A DNA stretch of 64,000 bases, from contig CAYFRH010000002.1 of assembly GCA_964345345.1 (NCBI GenBank), forward strand, positions 5,758 to 69,757, given 5' to 3'. The notes below the pieces were generated by a model. That model was not told the origin of the DNA, did no database searches, and saw only the letters and a list, made by a program, of their open reading frames with translations. The position numbers and the translations under genes were made by a program. Shown piece by piece: positions 59,190-64,000 of the stretch (positions are counted from its first letter, which is position 1; every line of letters begins with the position of its first letter). This DNA is from an uncultured Puniceicoccaceae bacterium (lineage in GTDB: Bacteria; Verrucomicrobiota; Verrucomicrobiia; Opitutales; Oceanipulchritudinaceae).

Positions 59190-60238
59190 GCGGAGGCGGC
59201 TTCAAGCAACCGGGCCAAGGGCGCTTCGCCGTGCTTCTGGGGCTTCTCGATAATCTGCGGCGATTTGGCCTTATCTTTCTTATCGCGAGCCTTGGCCTAT
59301 TTCTTGCCATCGAGGCGATGCCGGAGGACCCGGTCAGTCTGCGCATTAAAAATCCCGATCCGGACCGGGTGGAGGAAATCCGGGACAACCTTGGGCTGAA
59401 TGATCCGTTGCCGGTGCGGTACCTGCGCGGCGTCGCCGATTTTGTTCTCCTTGACTGGGGGCAAAGCCTGATCAGCGGACGACCGGTACGTGCGGAAGTC
59501 GCTCGCTTCCTGCCCGCCACGCTTGAGCTGGCGGTTCTCGGTATTGTCTGGGGAACGCTTCTTGGCGCTACGCTGGTCCTTGCCGCCCATGCCACGGGCT
59601 GGCGCTGGCTTTTGCAACCGGTACGTGGGCTGGCGGCCATGGGCCTGACCGTGCCGATTTTCTGGATGGGGATTCTCTTTATTCTCCTCTTCGGGGTAAA
59701 CCTGGGATGGCTGCCGGTCGGCGGACGTTTCAATTTTCAATACAGCGCTCCCAGCGGTACGGGCTTCCTTCTTCTCGACAGCCTTCTGCAGGCCGACGCC
59801 CAAGCCTTTCTTATCAGCCTGCGGCACCTGATTCTTCCGGTCATGACCCTCGGACTGTATCCTGCAGCGGTTGTCGCCGGTACCCTCGAGGCGAGGCTGA
59901 ATGAGGATTTCCTGCAACGGCTGGTGATCGCTCTCGAGTCGCGCGGCTACTCGCCCCTGCGGATCTGGGGGCGGCATGTCCCGCGCCTTGTCAGCGGGCC
60001 GGTGGTGACCGTGGTCGGCACGCAGGCCGGCATGCTGCTGGGCGGGGCGGTTCTCACGGAGACCGTTTTTTCATGGCCGGGCATGGGCCGCTTTCTTGTC
60101 GACGGTGTCCTCAACCGCGACTTGTTCGTCATTCAGCACGGCCTGCTCCTGATCGTCGTGCTGGCCCTGTCGCTGGTCACGATTTCCGATCTGCTCGCCC
60201 GACGTCTTGATCATCAACTCGCGGAGAAAAGGTTGTGA
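59186..60238 (+). CDS. ABC transporter permease (DppB-like)
   Basis: MPEDPV, LGLNDPLPVRY, DWGQSL.SGRPV, LPATLEL, PIFWMG, LILPV.TL, GGAVLTETVFSWPGMGR, NRD..VIQ. Confidence 0.88.
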   Translation: MSGGGFKQPGQGRFAVLLGLLDNLRRFGLIFLIASLGLFLAIEAMPEDPVSLRIKNPDPDRVEEIRDNLGLNDPLPVRYLRGVADFVLLDWGQSLISGRPVRAEVARFLPATLELAVLGIVWGTLLGATLVLAAHATGWRWLLQPVRGLAAMGLTVPIFWMGILFILLFGVNLGWLPVGGRFNFQYSAPSGTGFLLLDSLLQADAQAFLISLRHLILPVMTLGLYPAAVVAGTLEARLNEDFLQRLVIALESRGYSPLRIWGRHVPRLVSGPVVTVVGTQAGMLLGGAVLTETVFSWPGMGRFLVDGVLNRDLFVIQHGLLLIVVLALSLVTISDLLARRLDHQLAEKRL

Positions 60239-61020
60239 TGAACGGACGGCAACGACAGCGTTTCTGGGACGCGGGGGCTGTCGGCCTCCTTCTGTTCGCG
60301 ATGGCGGGCCTCTTCCTCACCCCTTACGATCCACGCGCACAGGCTTTTCGCGAAATTGCCCCGAGCGGGCCCAGCGTCGCCCACTGGTTCGGAGTGGATG
60401 GCCTCGGCCGCGATTTCTTCAGCCGACTCTGGGAAGGCCTTGGCCATACCGTTGTGCTCGCGGCCGGATCCCTTCTCCTTACTTTTTTCCTGGCGGGCCT
60501 GCTGGTCCTTCTTGAACAAGCCGGCCCGCCGCGCCTTGCCCGCATGGTCCGTTCCCTTATGGGACTCGCTGTTGCCATTCCCGTTCTCTTTATCGGCCTG
60601 CTCCTCCTTGTCTTTCTCAGTCCTTCCCCCGGTGCCCTTGTCCTCGCTATCGGCCTTGGAAACACCAGTTTCGCTTTCCGCCAGTTACGGGTGTTCTGGC
60701 AGACGGTGCGCCACGCCCTTTACGTTCGCTCCAGCGAAGTCCTTGGCGCCCGCGGCTGGATGCTCTTCCGCTGGGCTCTTTGGCCCAACCTGCAGCCCGA
60801 CCTCCTCGCCCTCGCGCGCCTCCTCTTCGCCATGAGCGCACTCGAACTGAGCGGGCTCGCTTTCCTCGGTCTCATTGGCGATCCCGACTTTACCGAACTC
60901 GGCTCCATCCTGCGCCAGAACCAGGCTTACCTCTACCAGGCCCCCATGCTCGTCGTCTGGCCGGGCCTCCTGCTCAGCCTCCTCCTTTTCACCCTCCACC
61001 TATCCCGCTTTCACCGGTAA
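60235..61020 (+). CDS. ABC transporter permease (DppC-like)
   Basis: PYDP, PS.AHWFGVDGLGRDFFSRL..G, LSGLAFLGL, ELGSIL, P...VWPGL. Confidence 0.85.
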   Translation: MMNGRQRQRFWDAGAVGLLLFAMAGLFLTPYDPRAQAFREIAPSGPSVAHWFGVDGLGRDFFSRLWEGLGHTVVLAAGSLLLTFFLAGLLVLLEQAGPPRLARMVRSLMGLAVAIPVLFIGLLLLVFLSPSPGALVLAIGLGNTSFAFRQLRVFWQTVRHALYVRSSEVLGARGWMLFRWALWPNLQPDLLALARLLFAMSALELSGLAFLGLIGDPDFTELGSILRQNQAYLYQAPMLVVWPGLLLSLLLFTLHLSRFHR

Positions 61021-61025
61021 TATGT

Positions 61026-61176
61026 AAGGGGTCAGCCCTTGCATTTTGGTATATTGCCGACGGGAAACAGCATTGCATACCAAAATGCAAGGGCTGACCC
61101 CTTTCTCTGATTTGGTATATTGCCGACGGGAAACAGCATTGCGTACCAAAATGCAAGGGCTGACCCCTTTCTCTGA
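61026..61176. repeat. REP/REPIN-like palindrome with 66-bp tandem duplication
   Basis: Perfect 27-bp inverted repeat AAGGGGTCAGCCCTTGCATTTTGGTAT (61026-61052) / ATACCAAAATGCAAGGGCTGACCCCTT (61077-61103) around a 24-nt loop. 61045-61110 is repeated at 61111-61176 with one mismatch. Confidence 0.92.
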
Positions 61177-61177
61177 T

Positions 61178-62587
61178 TCAATGCGGCTGGTATTTTTTGG
61201 CGCTGAGGGAAGGGCGGATGAGGTCGTGGAAGGCTTCGAGGGAGGGGAGGACCTCGCGGGCGAGGAGCTGGTAAGCCATATTGCCGACACTGGTGGCCTC
61301 GAGCTGGTAACTGGTGACGTTTTTACCGGTGAAATCGGCCATTCTCTGGCAGAGGAGGCGATTTTTGGACCCGCCCCCGACAATGACGAGGTTATCGAAG
61401 TCCTTGCCGAGAATTTTGCCGAGGCGTTGATCGGTATCGCGGAGGCTGGCCCCGAGGCTGGCGCAGATGAGGGCGACATACCCGGGAAGGTCCTCGGGGG
61501 GGGAGCCACCGTTGGCGCGTACCTGGTCATCGATGACCTGTTTCATATCCCGCGGATTGAAGAGGGCCGAATCCCCTGTATCGAGGAGGCATTGCGGAAC
61601 GGGGCGTTCCTCGGCGGCGGCGATGAGGGCTTCCCATTCAGCGTCTGTCTGGGGCCGCTTGTCAAAAGAGGGAATCACCTGTTCGAGGAGCCAGAGGCCG
61701 ACAATGATTTTGTTGGGCCGATAGCCGCCGGTGCCGGAGCGCTCGTTGGAGACGCCGAGGGCAAAGGCCTCCTCGCCGAGGAGCGGCTGGTCGGTGAGGC
61801 CGCCGACAAGCATCCAGGTTCCGCTGGAGACAAGGAGGCTGTGGCCGTCCCGGGGAATGGCTTCAAAGGCGCAGGAGGTGTCGTGCCCGGGAACGAGGGC
61901 GAGATCGATGCCCTTCAACTCGGGGCTGGTGGTGACGGGACCGAGAATGTGGCCGGCGGCCGCCGGGGCGGCGAACCACTCGCGCGGGATTCCGAAGTAT
62001 TCCATGGCTTCATCGGTATAATCGCGTCCGTGGATATCGAGCAGCTGGGTGGTGCTGGCATGGGAGAATTCCGATTGCGCCTTCCCGGTCAGGAGGTAGC
62101 CGAAGTACTCCGGAAAGAGCATGACGCGTTCGCCCGTTTCCCGCAGACCGGGGAAGGCGCGCAGGGTTTCCATAAGCTGGAGACCGGTGTTGTAATTAAC
62201 GAGGGGCAGGCCGGTAACATCGAAGAGGCGTCGTTCGTCCCCTTTTTCGCGGATTGCCTGCATCAAGCTCTCGGTACGCCGGTCGCGATAGGCGTGAACG
62301 GGAAAGGCGAGCCGTCCCTCGCGATTGAGGATGGCATGGTCCACTCCCCATGTATCAATTCCGCAGGTCCGCAATTCCGGGAAAAGCGTCCTTGCTTCGG
62401 CCAGCCCCTTGCGAACCTCGCTGAAAAGCCGGCCCGGGTCCCAATACTGGTAGGGGGGGAGGGACGTAAAGTAGTTGGGGAACCGGTACGCTTCCGTAAG
62501 TTCAAGACCGCGGTCGCCGACCTGGCCGACGATGACGCGTCCGCTGGTGGCACCGAGATCAATGGCGGCGATGGTAGATTTCGGCAT
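61178..62587 (-). CDS. rhaB: Rhamnulokinase / L-fuculokinase (FGGY family)
   Basis: AAIDLGATSGRV, E.YRFPN, CGIDTWGVDH, AYRDRRT, TGL....YNT..QL, SEFSHASTTQL, PGHDTSCAF, SSGTW.L.G, NKIIVGLWLLEQ, IVGGGSKN.LLCQ..AD, EATSVGN. Substrate (rhamnose versus fucose) is not certain. Confidence 0.82.
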   Translation of the reverse strand: MPKSTIAAIDLGATSGRVIVGQVGDRGLELTEAYRFPNYFTSLPPYQYWDPGRLFSEVRKGLAEARTLFPELRTCGIDTWGVDHAILNREGRLAFPVHAYRDRRTESLMQAIREKGDERRLFDVTGLPLVNYNTGLQLMETLRAFPGLRETGERVMLFPEYFGYLLTGKAQSEFSHASTTQLLDIHGRDYTDEAMEYFGIPREWFAAPAAAGHILGPVTTSPELKGIDLALVPGHDTSCAFEAIPRDGHSLLVSSGTWMLVGGLTDQPLLGEEAFALGVSNERSGTGGYRPNKIIVGLWLLEQVIPSFDKRPQTDAEWEALIAAAEERPVPQCLLDTGDSALFNPRDMKQVIDDQVRANGGSPPEDLPGYVALICASLGASLRDTDQRLGKILGKDFDNLVIVGGGSKNRLLCQRMADFTGKNVTSYQLEATSVGNMAYQLLAREVLPSLEAFHDLIRPSLSAKKYQPH

Positions 62588-62617
62588 AGGTCAAGGGGGA
62601 GGTTCGAAGATTGAGGA

Positions 62618-63385
62618 TCATGGGCAGGGCAGGAAGCAGCTGCCGTTGGCGGCGGCGGATTCGTGCAGTTCGGTCGCGGGCTCTCCGGTGGAGAGCACGC
62701 GCAAGCCCGGTTGATAATGGAGACTTAGAGCAAGGGCGCGGCGCCCCAGTTTGGAGGCGTCCGCGATACAGAGGGTGTTGTCGGCCGACTGGACCATTTT
62801 GCGCTGATAGCCGGCGAGGAGGTCGTTGCTGTTCCAGATGCCCTCGGCGGTGACGCCCGCGCAGCCCAGAATGGCGAGGTCGGCGTGCATGCGCTCGATG
62901 GTGGCCTCGCAATTGTGCCCGCAGAGAACACCGAGGCGGTTGTAGAGTGTTCCTCCGGTAACGATCGTCTCGCAATTGCTCACCTCATTCAGGAGGGCGG
63001 CGATGGGAAGGGAATTGGTAATGAGGATGAGACGACGCTCGAGAAGAGCTTTCGCGACGGCGTAGGTGGAGGTGCCGCCATCGATGAACAAGGTCATGCC
63101 GTCCTCGACATTGTTCCGCACGGCTGCGGCGAGCCGCCGTTTTTCATCCGCGTGCGTGTCATCCTGCGTGATGAAATCGTAGCCGGTCGCGCTCCCGTTC
63201 TCAAGGAGGCTGGCACCCCCGTGGTGCCTTCTGATGATCCCGGCGGTTTCGAGGTCGTTGAGGGTCCGGCGGATCGTGGAAAGGCTGGTTTGGAACTTGT
63301 CGGCAAGGTCGTGCAAATCCGCATACTTATGTTCACGGATGTAGGCTTCCACCAAGTCGAGACGCTGTTTGTTGGAAATGGCCAT
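62618..63385 (-). CDS. DeoR/GlpR-family transcriptional regulator
   Basis: LADKFQTSLSTIRRTLNDLE..G.IRR.HGGA, K.RLA.A....V.DGMTLFIDGGTST, LITNSL, TGG, DLAILG, IADASKLG. Confidence 0.93.
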   Translation of the reverse strand: MAISNKQRLDLVEAYIREHKYADLHDLADKFQTSLSTIRRTLNDLETAGIIRRHHGGASLLENGSATGYDFITQDDTHADEKRRLAAAVRNNVEDGMTLFIDGGTSTYAVAKALLERRLILITNSLPIAALLNEVSNCETIVTGGTLYNRLGVLCGHNCEATIERMHADLAILGCAGVTAEGIWNSNDLLAGYQRKMVQSADNTLCIADASKLGRRALALSLHYQPGLRVLSTGEPATELHESAAANGSCFLPCP

Positions 63386-63388
63386 TTA

Positions 63389-63435
63389 TGACAAATTCTG
63401 GAAAAAGGGTAACGGAAACTTTCAGAAATTGTCAA
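63389..63435 (-). promoter_or_regulatory. sigma70 promoter with flanking inverted operator repeats upstream of deoR-rhaB
   Basis: Minus strand TTGACA (63435-63430)-N18-TACCCT (63411-63406). TGACAAATTCTG (63389-63400) and CAGAAATTGTCA (63423-63434) form an 11/12 inverted repeat. Confidence 0.6.
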
Positions 63436-64000
63436 TCGGGGTGACAGCGGAGACGGTGCAGGACAATTTCCCCGGGACAATGGAAGCGCAGGGGAAGGTG
63501 GCAGGCCCCGGTGCCGGAAGAAGTATAGCCGCGCATCTCTGCCTCCTGCCAGAGGCCAAGGAAGTACTTTCGGGGAATACCAGCCATGGAGCGGAGGCCG
63601 AAACCACCAGGGAAGCGAATTTGTCCCCCGTGCGTGTGGCCGCTCAATTGCAGTCCGAATCCCTGTCGGGCAGCTTCGGGAGCGGTTTGCGGACTGTGGC
63701 TGAGGAGGATGCGGAAGCGGTCCCTCGGGCATTGGGCGGCGGCTTCCGCGACATCGGCACGCTTGAAGTAGAAGGCGTCCTCCACGCCGGCGAGGGCAAA
63801 CGAAGCGGCCTTGCCTTCCGGTCGAATCTCGACGGCCTCGTTGAGGAGAATGTGCATGCCCTGTGCCTCAAGCCAGGCCGCAAGGGCGATGGCATCGTGG
63901 TTGCCGAGAACGCCGAAAGGACCAGCCACCCCGCGGGGAAGGCAACTCAGGATCTCCGCGAGGGCCTCTGGAGCTCCCCGGTGGTCGGAACGGGCACCTT
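63432..64000 (-). CDS. Metallophosphoesterase (YkuE-like), 5' truncated by window edge
   Basis: GVLGNHD, ILLNEAV, LAGVED, ILLSHSP, LQLSGHTHGGQIRFP, YTSSGTG...LPLRF.CPGEI. Frame open to the window end. Confidence 0.88.
   Translation of the reverse strand, partial: GARSDHRGAPEALAEILSCLPRGVAGPFGVLGNHDAIALAAWLEAQGMHILLNEAVEIRPEGKAASFALAGVEDAFYFKRADVAEAAAQCPRDRFRILLSHSPQTAPEAARQGFGLQLSGHTHGGQIRFPGGFGLRSMAGIPRKYFLGLWQEAEMRGYTSSGTGACHLPLRFHCPGEIVLHRLRCHPD

Noticed and set aside
61026-61176. CRISPR array
   Set aside because: Only two direct copies, abutting with near-identical intervening sequence (no unique spacers), and no cas genes. It fits a palindromic repeat with tandem duplication.
61046-62614. 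522-aa plus-strand ORF beginning with a repeated MVYCRRETAL...KMQGLTPFSD peptide
   Set aside because: The peptide repeat is just the translated 66-bp DNA duplication, and the rest is the antisense shadow of rhaB.

Overview
A GC-rich, gene-dense bacterial chromosomal segment made mostly of core genes. Gene content and protein style suggest Verrucomicrobiota, probably Opitutales/Puniceicoccaceae-like; this is inference and was not tested by a search. Left arm: fmt (5' truncated), a LysM protein, parB, secG, a LolA-like protein, a tandem ribbon-helix-helix protein with a histone-H1-like tail, icd, moxR, glnE-glnA divergent from an NtrC-type activator, a Ser/Thr kinase-rpoN-tsaB-alr run, iscA, a plcP/agt-like pair and miaA. 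Centre: a long minus-strand run of rpsO-pnp, trpG-gyrB-gyrA, an ABC exporter + GldG + DUF4340 + AsmA-like operon, accB-accC, two Asp23-family genes, a LMW phosphatase, rpiB, glyA, trmH, a GYF_2-like protein and ppiD. Right arm: a Tat-signal Fe/Mn SOD, Nif3, an orphan astB, cimA, an OlsF-like bifunctional acyltransferase, radC, an anaerobic sulfatase maturase, a dppABC-like transporter with no ATPase, a REP/REPIN-like palindrome with a 66-bp tandem duplication, rhamnulokinase, a DeoR regulator and a partial metallophosphoesterase. I saw no tRNA, rRNA, CRISPR array, transposase or prophage. Best leads: (1) the RHH-RHH-H1-tail candidate nucleoid protein, with a similar Lys-rich linker in nearby ParB; (2) the ABC/GldG/DUF4340/AsmA-like operon as a possible envelope lipid bridge next to accBC; (3) the REPIN-like element; (4) a candidate phosphorus-free-lipid regulon (plcP-agt and olsF) sharing a GTTAC-N6-GTCAC repeat. 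All family calls come from motif recognition by eye, without database searches.
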